Counted from the stretch's first letter, positions 47,105-60,821 are shown. The stretch: DNA of 64,000 nt from Zootoca vivipara (GCF_963506605.1 NC_083280.1:27342001-27406000); one strand, 5' to 3'. The notes: a model not told the origin generated them from the sequence alone. A program made the numbers and translations.

Positions 47105-50100
47105 CTAGCATCATAGGGCAAACGCCGCAGGGGGCTAGCCCCCACCCCCAAAATATTCAGGGGGGGGGGCAAAAGCACTCAACTCCCAGAATTTTGCACC
47201 CCTTGTTGTGTAGTCTTGCATACTTCATAATTCTTACACTAATATTTATAGAGTAAATATTACACTAATATTTACCTGTAACCATTTATAGAGGTGCAGT
47301 CATTGCTGTGCTCCAGGAAGCAATGTGTGTGGGAGCCAGTTGTACAGCTGGCAGACAGAGCTACTGAAGCTTTCAAAATGCACATGTTTTCTTAAGAATG
47401 TAGTGTGTGCTTCACTTCAAACAATGCCTCACCAAAGACAGGCAAAGCGCAAAGCAGGTGCGCATGTATTTGAAGAGATAAGAGTCTCCTTTCTGCACAA
47501 CTGGATGCCCATGGCACATCAGTTATAACATAGCCAGCTATACAGCGGCTGTTGCAAAAATGACAAGGTTAGATCTAGACGAGTTTCTTGTTTAACTTTT
47601 CTTCCCTTCGACAGCAGTGGTGGTGATGGCAGCTTCTAAGCAGGATCCAAGAGTTTAAAGGGCCTTTTGGCAGGTCAGCCAATTTGAAATCAGATCCGAG
47701 ATTAGGAAAGCACAATCCTCAAAGGCACGCTTTTCAGCTGGAGATGCACAAATGCACCTTGTCTTCACTGGCTCTCATCAGAATGGGGTCTACCTTTGAC
47801 TTCTGGCATGCTTGTATGTTCACAGATCAACTTCAAATAAAGGTGTGGAAGGAGAGGACAAAGTCACACCATTGCGTGCTGTGAAATAAAGGCAGACTTA
47901 AGGAAAATCTACAATCTACAGCAAACTTGATGCAGTTTGTTTTATAAAATCACAAGGCTGATACCTATGGTGGCCAGAATCAAAAAAAGGATTGGGCTCA
48001 TACACCTTTAATAGCTTTTCATGCAAGCTATACCTGCTGAAATCGCTTCCAAACAAAGGTGCAGGTGTCCTGTCCTACTTTTGCATCTGGACGCTCTACT
48101 GGCAACTATTTAAATACTGTACTGTAAATCTTTACAGTGGTAGGAAGACCAAAAAAACAAGAAGACAGTTACACTGATTGGTATATCCCAACACAGAATT
48201 ACCAACACAGACACCATACAACTTGCTTAGACTGAAGAAGTCAAGATGCAGGAAATAAGCAAGTTGCCATTCCAATATACCGGTAGTCAATGATACAGAT
48301 TCACAAGCAATAAAGATTTTGCAACTGTATCCATGAAAAACTAGCAATCAAAACCTGCCCCTCATATTTCACATGAGCCCTTTTTTCACAGGCTTGTTCC
48401 AGATTTCTACCAAAGGAACCCCTAATTCTGCAACAATGAAAGTTCAATTGAAGGTTGAGTCAATTTTAAAATTACAAAATATTGCTTTGCAAAGCAAATT
48501 ATTACATATTCAAAACAGGAGGGGGCCTTGGAAATGTGCTGCTTGTGTGTAGGTTTGACCTGTTTGTGTGCTCTGGTTTGGACCTGAATTTGAGTTTTAG
48601 AAGAATTTGATAACGCATGGGTAGGCAAATGGTAATAAGAGGTTACATCGCTGAAACTGGGATTATTTAATATACCTGCAGATGAGAGTCTCTTTGCTAA
48701 GTCCTCAACATATAACAACACATAAGACAAACAGATCTGCCTAGACAGCAAATGCTTGTCAGAATGAAATTAATTTCACTTGCAAGTGGAATGACCAGGT
48801 GCCCTACATGGAAAAACATGATTTAACATGACAAAAAAAGAATCACTCTAGAAGAAGAAGAAACCTGAAATATTTTACTGATTTTGCAGAAAATGTCACA
48901 AAGCAGAATACATACAGGAATCTGCTTGGATTACATTAGGGTGTGTAATGATCCAAGCAAAGCTAAGCACATGTAAGTCACCTTCCACCTACCTTCCTCC
49001 ATCAGTGAGACTTATCCTAAAATATATGTCCTGTGTGTAAGATTCCTAGAGTATTTACCCAGCCACTCTAAGACACAATCAGATCAACTAGGTAGGTTCA
49101 TGATCCAGCAGGAATATGAATCTCTTGTCCCAAACTGATGCCAACAGCTTGATTCAGAATAAATGGAGGAATCTAGGAATGAGGCAACATTTGCTCCTGC
49201 ATCACAAAAATAAAGGCATCATTCCAAACAAGTTTTTTGCATAAATCCCATTCAAAAAATGTGGAAAGCATAGCCTGAGTTCTAAGAGCCACAGTATTCA
49301 ATGAGTCAACTTGCTAAGGGGCCAGTTTTATATTCAACAGAATCAAATGATAAAACTTTTCTTGGACTGTACAAGCTTCAAATTGGGTGTCACATATCAG
49401 AATGTTTCCTACCTTAAACCCCCTGTATATACAGAACTGTTTGTTGGTCATAGAGGAAAGTGCAATCTAAAATTTGCCTTGACAGGCTGGTTTTCTACAT
49501 GCAGGGAAGTTGGGGAGTGCTGCCCCTTTCCACCATTGCCAGCAGCCTAAAGAGTTGAGCTGAGAAAAAGCTTTACCATTTCGTCCAAGCCTGACACTTA
49601 GTATTATTAAATATTGGTTACTGCGATTTTATTAATGCCTATTTTTGTGGGACCAGGTAGAAAACTAATTAAAAGCTACTAACAGTCACATCCTCTTTGA
49701 AATGTTTACCAAGCTTGACTTAAAGGTTTCTCCCCAAAAAGTGTCTTCTTTTTTCTTTTCGTTTTTAGCAACTTGCCTCAAGAGAGGGCACAGGTTGTAC
49801 TTAGAAGACTAGTCCATAATACCCAGGAGCTCTTAAGAAAATTGTGCTTTCCTTGTTGCTCCTGCAAATAGAGGCACAGCAGTCTACCGGCATTTTTTTT
49901 AAAAAAAAAAATGAGCTTTATGCCAGGAAAAAGTGACCTATTTGTGTGCTCAACTGTCAATGAGCAGCTCCCCCTACTAAAAGAACTATTGTGTCCTGGA
50001 GGGGTAGCCATAGGGGATCCCAGAATGATTCATTTGAAATAATTTTGAGTTCATATGGGACCTTAACACCCCACAATTCGCCTCCAACATTTGGGCAAAA

Positions 50101-51552
50101 TAATAATAAGAATGGGGCCCTGTAAACTTGCAAGGAAGTAATCAGCATATATCTTTCTCCTCATCTAGTGACATTCAGGATTGCTTACAAGACTCACTTA
50201 GCTTTCCATTTAACCCCCTGGAAATCCCATACCCAGGAATAGGTTGAATGTCACCTGCTGCCCATCTAGATCCCATTACTAGGTAGGTGGTCTGTCAAAG
50301 CTCAGCAGTCTCTGGGGTCCTAACAACGTTACAATACTTTCTCTGGTAATCTATCTTTCAATGTGTCCTTTGTCGTGCTATGTCTGTGAAATTGGCACTA
50401 GAACCACAGCTCAAATCAGTACTTCTATCCAGTTTATATGTTGATGTGCAAATGCCAGTAACTGCAGCCTTCCTTTGCTTCTGTAGGATGATGGATATGT
50501 ATTAATATTCCCCACTGTCAACAGAATTCCAACAACCCTTGGCTGAATCAGTCAGCCTGTGTAATATCTCGCACTCTTCTTATCACTGCTTTTCTGATAC
50601 ACATGCCTGAATGATAAGTTACATCCAGATAAGAATAATTGTCAGCTCTGACCCTGAAGAGTTCTTTTTTTTTCCCCATGCTCGTCATCATCTTAGACTT
50701 CGGATTACACCCTGAAGGCCTGCAATTAATTTTTGTGAAGCCTATTAACCCAAATAACAGCTGCTTGTCCTGTGTTCTAGTTACCTTGGCAAGAAGAAGG
50801 CTGAGCCATCTCTGTATTATTCAATATTGCAAAACAATATTAATCTAGGTTACCAGTTGCCACTCTTGGAAGTCCAAGTCCTTAGAGTTTTATTAATTGG
50901 CTCTATTAATCTCTCACCATCCCATGCTACTCTTCGTTGATTTCATTAGGTTGGCCAGTTGTAAAAGACTTTCCTCTTCTGCACAACTCTTAAAGGTGCA
51001 GGAGCCCTGTCTTCCTTTGCATCCCACCATCCTAATTTAATTCCCATGATACGCATATCTGAATTCATAAGCAATGACACAGTTTGTAGTCAGTACACCT
51101 ACTGCTTTGCCACAGGGACTTGAGGTCAACGCAGAGATCAGCGCAGACCTCTTGTTGGAGGTCATCTTGGACTTGCCTTGTGTCCACAAGGAGTTCTGTT
51201 TCAGGCAGCAGTGTCTCCTGGCAATAGGGGTCTAGCACAAGTAGCAGAGCTGAACTCTAGTTCTAGGGAAGGAAATTCCCAATCAAGTCCACATTCATGG
51301 TCTTGTGAGAACAGGCCAGGTCAGATTACAGAAAGCAGGTCAATGAAGAGGAGCCGATCCAATATGCATGGTCTGATGTAGTAAAAGGTCAAGTCTCAGG
51401 TTATCTGCAAGCGGAATGTTCCAGATATATAGCCAGGCAAAGCACAGGTCAAGTCTCAGATAAGCAGAAATAAGCTAAGCTGCAGTACCATGGAAAGCAC
51501 CCAGTGGGACTGCCAGTCAGGCAAGCTTAACTTGAATGTTACTCAACAAATA

Positions 51553-51752
51553 CAGTCGTACCTCGGGTTACGAACACCTTGGGTTACGAACTCCACAAAC
51601 CTGGAAGTATTTTTGCTGTGCGCGCATTCTGCGCATGCGCATAAGTGGTGTGCACGGTTTGCGCATGCGCAAAGCACAAAAATAGCAGAAATTGTGCTTT
51701 GCGCATGTGCAAAATGGCGCTTCGGGTTATGACCATTTCGGATTATGAACTG
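51553..51752. mobile_element. truncated Tigger-like MITE with GCGCATGCGC repeats
   Basis: TA|cagtcgtacctcgggttacgaa left TIR; right TIR missing. Confidence 0.75.
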
Positions 51753-51850
51753 CGTCAAGGTCACCCAGTGAGCTTTATGGCTGAGTGGAAATTCGAGCCC
51801 ACATCTCCCAGATCATAGTCCAACATTCTAACCTCTACACCACATTAGCT
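51753..51850 (-). mobile_element. MIR/CORE-like SINE fragment
   Basis: caaggtcacccagtgagct..atggctgagtgg..attcga.ccc...tagtccaaca.tctaacc.ctacaccac. Confidence 0.75.
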
Positions 51851-51981
51851 TAGACAGTTAGCTCCATTCCTGCAATGAATGAGGCCTCCACCCTTAAAGG
51901 GCCTCTTTTTCCTTTAGGCACCTTTGACTTTCAACTTGGAGTCTGAGAATGGCAGTGCGGATGTGGTGTTTGCCCATTCCT

Positions 51982-52437
51982 TGTGACTATGTTTGTACAG
52001 GGGGGTGGAAATGGTTAATGTAGATTGACCAATGAGAAAGCTCAGAGGTGGAGCCTACCTGGTTTTGAGGCTCAGCCCAGTGGTTCACCATGGGGGAGAT
52101 AGAGGAGTGAGGGTCAGACAGAGGCAGAAAAATTCAAACATAGTGGTTGTGACAGTTAGAGTGAGAGACCGGGATAGAACTGAGAGAGAAGAGTGTGACA
52201 GTGTGAGATAGTGCCACATCTAGTTAAGGGCGCACATTTGAGAAACTGTTCTGAACATATTTAAAACTTGTTTGTTCTTCAATAAACCTTAATCTTCCTT
52301 TTGACTTTACAACCTGACTGAGATTCAGTATTTCACCAGAAGAAACCTGGTTGGTGGCAGCGGAAGAATAAAGCAGTGGTGTACAAGTCAAAAGTCTGTG
52401 AAACGACCCAGGGGTCTGTACAAACACCACGGCAACA
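51982..52437 (+). mobile_element. probable solo LTR
   Basis: TGT...ACA with inverted tgtttgtacag/ctgtacaaaca near both ends; CCAAT at ~52029; AATAAA at ~52281. Confidence 0.6.
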
Positions 52438-53027
52438 TTTTCAGGGGATTGATGTCATTGCCTTTTCTGGTGGGAGGATGGTTTTCTGAGAGGTTAAGGA
52501 CATCAAGAATTGCTTCCAAAGCCAAACTATCTTTCCATTCTGAGGGATTGTCTATATCTGAGAACCTTTGGGCTCCTAGAATTAGTTTAATCATCTTGGA
52601 ATCCTGGCAACGGCATTAAAAACACCCACATGCACAATGGAGTTATCCATTCTAAGACTGCCATTATTTCATTATGCATGTGTAATACAGCTTACAGATC
52701 TCTAATCAATATTAAATCACTGTCAATTTAACTGCAAAACCGACATTTAAAAAAATGTTTGGATTTTTATAAAATCCTGCCATGCACTTTGTACTGTAAA
52801 AGAAAGCTTTGAGGACTGCATAATGGAGATTTTTTATGTCATATTCATGCTATATGTATGCTTTACAGCATTTTTGTCATATCACAACAAACATGTTAAT
52901 GCTTGTATCTGCTCAAAAAGACTGACAGGCACATGGATACATCTGGAGGACAGGCTTTAGCACTGGATACAACAGGAACCTGCATACAATGCCAAAAACA
53001 GATGGGTATGTTGCAAATAAAGCAGGC

Positions 53028-53241
53028 CAGTAGCGTAGGAAGATAGGGGCGGTCGGGGCAGGGTGCCCCGGGCAGCGTGATTCCAGGGGTGCCATCGCAG
53101 CTGCCCGCCCCGCCCCCAAAACGTGCATCCTGCCCCTGCGCGTGGCACACCCCGTCGCCAGAACGCGCACCACGTCCCTGGGGGCAGCGTGCCTGCTCTC
53201 CGCCCCCCCCCCCGGTGGCAGAGCATGGAGCTCCGCCACTG
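53028..53241. mobile_element. GC-rich hAT element (cagtggcg family)
   Basis: TIR cagtagcgtag/ctccgccactg; perfect TSD aagcaggc. Confidence 0.9.
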
Positions 53242-53604
53242 AAGCAGGCACAGCTGGTAGGTGCAAGAAGTTTGGAGTGGAAGCCTCACTCAACTTGATA
53301 GTACCTGTCCACAAGTGAAGAATCTTGGAAGTGCCAATAAAGTGTTCTTGGTCTAAACAACTAATGGTTAACTCACTCAGCAAGCTACTAAGAAGGCTTT
53401 TGTCACTTATTTCTTCTGTGTGAGTGTTCCGCACTCCTCAGCTCCTAGCAACCGCCTCTTCCACAAGTCTGGACAACACCCAGTAGGTACAGATATTTCA
53501 TTTGTTTCACAACATGGTTAGAGAACAGCCTTCCCTTTCTGATTCTTTTCTGTAAACTGCCCTGGTCTTTTCTGTGAACCGCCCTGAGACCTCCATGTAT
53601 AGGG

Positions 53605-53762
53605 NNNNNNNNNNNNNNNNNNNNNNNNNNNNNNNNNNNNNNNNNNNNNNNNNNNNNNNNNNNNNNNNNNNNNNNNNNNNNNNNNNNNNNNNNNNNNNNN
53701 NNNNNNNNNNNNNNNNNNNNNNNNNNNNNNNNNNNNNNNNNNNNNNNNNNNNNNNNNNNNNN
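53605..53762. other. assembly gap (158 N), following an L2-like tail
   Basis: N run preceded by tgtgaaccgccctgagac. Confidence 0.98.
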
Positions 53763-54539
53763 ATATAAGCCTTGGTAAGATTTTGTTTCCTTTGTTCTCG
53801 TTGCATCATTTGTTTCACTGTCATTTGGCTTCTTGAGGAGTCTCCCTGTGATCCTCTTGAAGACAGTGGTATAAAAGTGGAAGAAAATGGAGAGATGAAA
53901 AGCCAGTCTAGTATGTGTGTTTGTGGGGACTAATAAATATAATGTACACCGCTTACTGAGCAATCCTAACTGTAGAAAGTTGGCTTAAATTATGCCAGTT
54001 GAAGTTACTTCTGTTCCAGACTCTGTTCAGGAATGCAGCTATTGCCAGCTGAGCTGGCCCAAGCCTGGCAGAGGGGAAACAAGCCTTTTAAACAATGGTT
54101 TATTTACACCACTCTCTTTGCCAGTGTAATTTCTCCCACTGTACGATGTAATACAAGTGTGGGGAACCTTTTTCAGCCGAAGGGCTGCAGTTTCTCAGGT
54201 AACCTTCAGAGGGCTGTGTGTCTTGGGTGGTTGGGGCCTGAGGCAAAAGTAAGAAGACCAATGTCTGTGGCTCTTACTATGGTACAGTGAGCTACCTTCC
54301 AATAATGCAAATGTCCGCAAACACAATGTACCCTGCTCACCATCCCCTATACAGACAAACAAGAGGCATCATGAATCAAGAACACATTTCATCCAGACAA
54401 CAGCATTCTAGGAGAGCATGGAGCAGGCCCACTGAGGTGGGAGCATGGGCTAATGAGGGTTCTGAGGGCCAGACAGAGTGATCTGGAGGGCCACTTTCAA
54501 TTCTCAGGCCTCAAGTTCCCCACCCATGACGTTATATTG

Positions 54540-54605
54540 TGTATTGCAAGGCGTTGGAGTAGATGACCCTTTGGTTCCCTTCCAGCTCTACAATTCTGTG
54601 ATTTT
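54540..54605 (+). mobile_element. CR1/SINE 3' tail fragment
   Basis: gttggagtagatgaccc...cccttccagctctacaattctgtgatt. Confidence 0.7.
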
Positions 54606-55922
54606 ATTACACTTGTCAGAAACCACAAGGGAGATCAAAATATCTGCCCTACCCCTCTTCCAATGTCAATAAGGAAACACTGAGAATTACGAGCGGCCTT
54701 ATTTACAACTTTAGAAAACTTCAGCTAGATGGAAAGTCAAAGAAATGCGGGAGTTTTTTATTTTTTGAAAAAAAGTTTTTAATAAGACAGCTTGTAAACA
54801 GCCTTGCCAAGAACAAGCTATGAGAATTAATATTTTTACACGGCTGTCGCTGTTTATAAAATAGAGTCAGCCAATTACATTGGTGCCAAGGGTGTGTGTG
54901 TTCTAGCGCATAATGAATCAGACCTTTAAAGACATTACTCGCTGTGTACAGGTTAAATAGCCAAGAATCTAATTCATTTTGACAAACGGGGAGATGGCAG
55001 AATGTGGATGTGTTTAATTTGAACCTAATCAGGGTCGGTTTTTTCCCCCTGCCTTTTCTTTTTCTCCTTTTGGTGTTGCTGTTAAGCTCACTTCCAAAGT
55101 GTGTCATAACCCATCTGCCCCAGGCATTCTTCACATTATAGCTTTCTTCTGACAGCTTCAGAAGAACTACATTAACTGCAGCACACATCATTATCATTTC
55201 TGCTGTAAAAGCATGAAAGAGTTTGAAAGCAAAATAAGAAGCTATTTGGTAAAGGAGCGGGAGGGGGAGAGAACACAAAATGCCTTAGATACCATCTTAC
55301 ACCCAAATGTCTTTTATTTTGAACTGATTAAATTAAAAATTAAAAATCAAAAACTTAATAGTATGATCTTACTGAGTGATCATGTCTGAATGGTTTTCCC
55401 CCCATCTTAGATCATAGACTTATTTCAAGACATTTTTGAATTTAACTTTTGAAATCTGAATCAGTGTACAATCCATCATATTGCCAGGTACTTCTGAAAT
55501 CAGCAGGGCTTGACATGTGTTTAACTGGGCTCTGGATTGAACCCAGTATTCTCACACATTGCCCTTACTTGCAGTGCTATACTGAGTCACGGGAGTCCCT
55601 GGCTATCATTTGGAACATTGCAGGAAACAGTCGTTCAGTTTAGTTTTTGATCATTTAGGTACCCAATGTAAACCTTATGCTATGACTCTTTCCCATTTTC
55701 TCTTCTTTTCTGCCTGTTTACCTCTTCAGTTTCCTCCTGTCTCTCGTATCTGTCTTTCCCTTCACTCCTCCATTATTTATTCATTTTGCTTTCTCCCTTC
55801 TTTTCTTCTCCTTCTTGTCTCTTCCCACTCACCCAAAAGCTTCTGGTATTTCTCCACGTTTCCTTACATTTTTCTTTCTGATCACAATTCATAGGGGGTT
55901 CTTCCCTCCCCAAGCAGGTAGA

Positions 55923-55923
55923 G

Positions 55924-55986
<63 letters not shown>
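55923..55986. repeat. (GT)n(GA)n compound microsatellite
   Basis: Seen directly. Confidence 0.96.
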
Positions 55987-55988
<2 letters not shown>

Positions 55989-57286
55989 ACCCAAGTGAAG
56001 GAGGAAGGGTGCTAAGTGGAAGAAAGTGTTCAAGAGCAATTATTTCAGTTGCCAAGGCCATCTTTGCATTATACACATCAACCAGATCTTTAACAGAAGA
56101 GTCAATCAAATCTGCTGGAAACCAGCACAATGCAAATCCACCTGGAAGCCACCTAGATTTTTTTAGCCTTCAGGAGTCGCCATCTTAACAGGGGGTGGGG
56201 CTGTTAATCAAAACCTCACCAGGTGGTGAATATGGCAGAAGAAACAGTGAAATCCACCACCTTCAGATCATCTTCTCTCTGCCCAGCCACAAAAACCAAA
56301 TCCAGCCCTGCTATAGGTGTTCACGTGTTGGGCTGATAGCACATTGAAGCAGCCCCATGGTTGTCATAGTGGCCATGAAGTCCTGAGGCACCTTATCTGC
56401 AGCAGTAGTCTGTGGGTCTTCAACACCATGTCTGAGACCATCTCTGTCACCTTACATAGGGGGGACTGCTGGGCACTGGAGTGCATGGGAAACCAACAAC
56501 ATCCCAGTCTGTCCCACTGGCACAATGCAAGATTAGCACTCAAATAGACAGGGAGCCTAGAGAAGAAGATGGACCTCAGCTACTGCTGAATGGAGTATGC
56601 AGTTGGCACAGATTCTTGCCCACTCAGTTCTTAGTTATACATATCCACCTCATTCTTGATTAAATTGTGGATGAGAAATTTTTATTAGAAGCCAACCAGG
56701 CATTCAAAAGCAACATCTGGAAACCCAAGGGCTGACTGATAGGGCAACCACCATAAATACCCCAGGTGGGAAGAGATTCAGAACATGGCATAGACTTGGC
56801 TTATCCTATGCACCTCACTTGGCATACTCTGCGAAAATATGCACTTTGGCTCATGCTTAATGGAGGGACAGCATGCACAAATGGACAAGATGACTCAAAT
56901 ATAAAAGCAGAACTTTATCTGTAATGTTAAAATAGACATCAAAGTCTGTTTCATAAAATCATTTTCATGAGTGCTTTTTATAGAAGGTTTTTACATTACG
57001 AGCAGTGATTCAGCTGCAGGATTCCTTTCTTGATGTAGGTTCAACACTGGTGATATAAAACTACATTTCACTAAAGTCAAATTGCTATTGCTAATACTGT
57101 CCTGAAACTATTTGCAAGGGAGTAAGCCCCGCTGAAATCAGTGGGGCTTACATCTGAGTAGATATGCATAGGGTTGTGCTGCATATGACCATTCCCTCTG
57201 CAGAGATCTAGGAAGGGGTAAAAGTTCCTTTTTCACATTACCTCTGCAGATCTCCAGCATTTCACAGGTGCTAACCAAGGCATGCT

Positions 57287-57588
57287 TTGTTGTTGTTTAG
57301 TCGTTTAGTCGTGACCCCATGGACCAGAGCACGCCAAGCACTCCTGTCTTCCACTGCCTCCCACAGTTTAGTCAAACTCATGTTCGTAGCTTCGAGAACA
57401 CTGTCCAACCATCTCATCCTCTGTCGTCCCCTTCTCCTTGTGCCCTCAAACCTTCCCAACATCAGGGTCTTTTCCAGGGAGTCTTCTCTTCTCATGAGGT
57501 GGCCAGAGTATTGGAGCCTCAGTTTTATGGTCCTGCTCTCACTTCCATACATCACTACTGGGAAAACCATAGCTTTAACTATACGGAC
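57287..57588 (-). mobile_element. BovB (RTE) 3' fragment with internal deletions
   Basis: MVFPVVMYGSES...GHLMRREDSLEKTLMLG..EG.RRRGRQRMRWLD; (caa)n tail. Confidence 0.92.
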
Positions 57589-59439
57589 TTATAACACCCC
57601 AATTCTCGTACCAAGGAGCACTGCTCAAGCTCAGCAAATCCCCAATTCACACTGCTGAAAGTCCATTCCATCTGCTCTTCTGCTGCAGTCAATTCCCTCT
57701 TTTACATTAGTTTTAAGATCACGAAGGCATTTGCTCTTTTGGTTAAAGATATTTTAGAACTGGGGTGGGGAAACTGTGCACTTCTATCAGTTCTTGGACT
57801 CCAACTCCAATCAGTCCCAGTCTGTGTGGTTAATGGTCACGAATGGTAGGATTTGCACCACTGACATGGTGACCACCACCAGGTTCCTTCCCCCTGTGTT
57901 AGAAGAACAAAAATGGTCCTACCATCTGTTCTGTCAACAAAATAAGTCTCCAAAATAAGCCTCATCAGACTGTAGACTACTTTGCACCTTAGTGCCCATG
58001 AGTGGGCTTTTATGTGCCCTTGCATAAGTGTTGAAATGTATCAAGATCTCCAAGTCTTGAGATTTAACTTTTGTAGGCCTTGGGGGGGGGGCTGAACCCT
58101 GAAGAACCACAAATCTAGCAGTTCACAGTTATAACATTTGATAGTAAAGCATCCTCAAAAGTTATTAACAGGGGAGGGCCTTAGCTCAGTGACAGCACAC
58201 GTGGTTTCATTGCAAAAGGTCCAACGTTCAATTTGAGGTATTGAAGGGAAAGTGGTTTTCCCTTCTCAAGTGTCCGTGGCTGGAAAGTCAGTCACCACAG
58301 ATAGAGAAGGACAAGTCAAGAAAGACAATATTTTGTGATCACAAAAGGTGGGAGCCCTGTTATAAATAACAGTACACCACACAGGAACTACCGCAATTGC
58401 GACTGCAGCTATAGTTTTCTCAAAGGAAAGAAGAATTCAAAACAGCCAGCCACAACATTGCATAGCATAATAACATTTTATGGCAGATTACATACATTAG
58501 CCTCCTTTTTGACATATATATATTAGAATTGGCCGGTCTTCAGCATGCTCCCTGCATGATCAACACATAGACAGTTTCCCATTTATCATACCTTACCTAA
58601 CATTCCTTTACTTAGGAAAGCATCTCCCAGCAATAACTCAATCCCACTTTGCTTATACTTTTGCTTGCAAAGCTAGACATTTTACACAGGCAGTTCATGC
58701 TGTAACAAAACCCACATTCTTTTTCCATCATTGTTTTATTTATCGGCAATTCAAGCAAAGAGGGCAATTCTCAATAAAAAAGGGTTTAATTGTGTTTCCT
58801 TAATTATTTTTACTTTATTAATATGAATTTTCCCTTCAGCATCTCCAGGTAGGGTTGGCAAAGACTTCTCCCTGAAACCCAGGAGAGCTACTTACAGTTA
58901 GTGTAGGGTCACTAAGCTAGTTGTATCATCATCCCTAGTTGTACCATCATCCCTGGTCACTGGCCATTCTTGCTGGAGCTGGTGGGAGTTGTGGTTCAGC
59001 AACAGCTGGAGGGACACAGGTTCCCCACAACCTTATGTAAGGCAATTCCCTATGTTCTGTAAATAGAAACTATTCCTGGTAAATAGGGAAACTTGGAAGA
59101 TATAGCTTTGCAGCCTGGGAAGCACTGCAACATGGATCCTTCTCTTGCTGCTCAAGTAGTTTTGCAAGCTCTGGGTCTTGTGGGTGGAACCAACACTGGT
59201 CTGCATACTAGTTTCTGGGGAGAAATTGTGGGAATAAGGCTGTTGCGCTCATGTCTGTGGGTCACTGCTGGTTGGCCACTGTGAAAACAGGCTTCTGGAC
59301 TAGATGGGACTTTGATCTGATCCACCAGGGATCTTCTTCCATTCTGATAGCACTATGGTTCATTCTCATGCCAATATTGCCCCACTTCCTGGGGAAACAT
59401 TGTAGCAGCAGCATCACCCGTTATCATCACCATTCTATT

Positions 59440-59832
59440 ATTTCTACTCTGCCCATCTGACTGTCTTGCCCCAGCCACTCTGGACAGTCAACATACATAA
59501 AACATAATCAAACATTACACATTAAAAAGCTTCCCTATACAGGGCTGCCTTCAGATGTCTTCTGAAGGTTATATAGTTACTTATCTCCTTGGCATCTGAT
59601 GGGAGGGTATTCCACAGGGTGGGTGCCACTACTGAGAAGGCCCTCTGCCTGTTTCCCTGTTGCTTCACTTCTTGCAGTGAGGGAACCACCAGAAGGCCCT
59701 CGGAGCTGGACCTCAATGTCCAGGTTGAACGAGGGGGGTGGAGATGCTCCTTCAGGTATACTGGGCTGAGGCCATTTAGGGCTTTAAAGATCAGCATCAA
59801 CACTTTGAATTGTGCTTGGAAATGTACTGGGG
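59440..59832 (-). mobile_element. L2 LINE 3' fragment
   Basis: PVHFQAQFKVLMLIFKALNGL.P.YLKE.L...LRSS...RAFSVVAP.LWN.LP. Confidence 0.9.
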
Positions 59833-60761
59833 AAAGCATCCCCTGCCACAATGTTAATGTGAGCTTCACCGATGAGAAGCCCTTCAAGAAGAAATGTCTT
59901 TTGAGTTTCATCCCATTCCTGTCATAGTCAATGAGAAGTCTTTCCCTTTGGTTGTCGCATTCATGGTGGCAGCCAAGAGTGTTTTTCACCCATTTAGTTG
60001 CACCCTTTCCTTGGTGTAAACTACCTAATCATGGCCACTCATGCTTTAGTTGCATCCAGTCAAGATTGCTGTAATACGCTCTACGTAAGACTGGTTCAAA
60101 TCCAGTCATCCGATTACTGACCTGGCCAGGCTGAAGAGAAGTTCCCTGGGGGATCGCATGTTGTCAGTCTTAAAATAACCTCACTGTGGCCTTCACTGGT
60201 ATTCAAGTCGAAATTAGGAATAGAAAGATCCATATACTTTTGGCCTGTTTCAGTTTCATATATATTGATTTTTAAGTCCATTTGGTCCTGTTTCTGTGCA
60301 AGGTAAAGCTTGGTAATTGTAACTTTCGATTTTTTTATATATATTACATAAATAATTTTAAAACCTCAGGATAAATCCTTCTGGAACAGATGTTAGTCAG
60401 GGATCAAGGTTGCTAATACAAGGTGGAATTTACTCCGGTCGTTGCATTCCTTCAGGTTGTGCAGGAAATAGGCCAGGGAACAGCTAGTGGGATATCTGTG
60501 AAGGGAAAACAGAGCTCCTGTATTTGATCTCTGTTCTTTTTTGCATGCAACAGCTGGAGAGAAACAGGGGAGCTTGGTACAGAGGGAATAGAGATATCAC
60601 AGCAGGAAAGAGAACAAAGGAGAGTCTGAGGGACAAATTATTATTAGAGAGCAACAGATGATGGTCTCAACATCAGACCTTTTCACAACAGAGTGGCAGC
60701 TTTACCACAATTAGCTATACCACTGAGTTTTAATCAATTGCTATGCAAATAATTCTATGGT

Positions 60762-60821
60762 TGTTGTTGTTGTTTAGTCGTTTAGTCGTGTCCGACTCTT
60801 CGTGACCCCATGGACCATAGC
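60762..60821 (-). mobile_element. extremely 5'-truncated BovB tail
   Basis: gttgttgtttagtcgtttagtcgtgtccgactcttcgtgacccc; TSD attctatggt. Confidence 0.88.

Noticed and set aside
53445-53963. ORFs spanning the X run
   Set aside because: Artefacts of the N gap.
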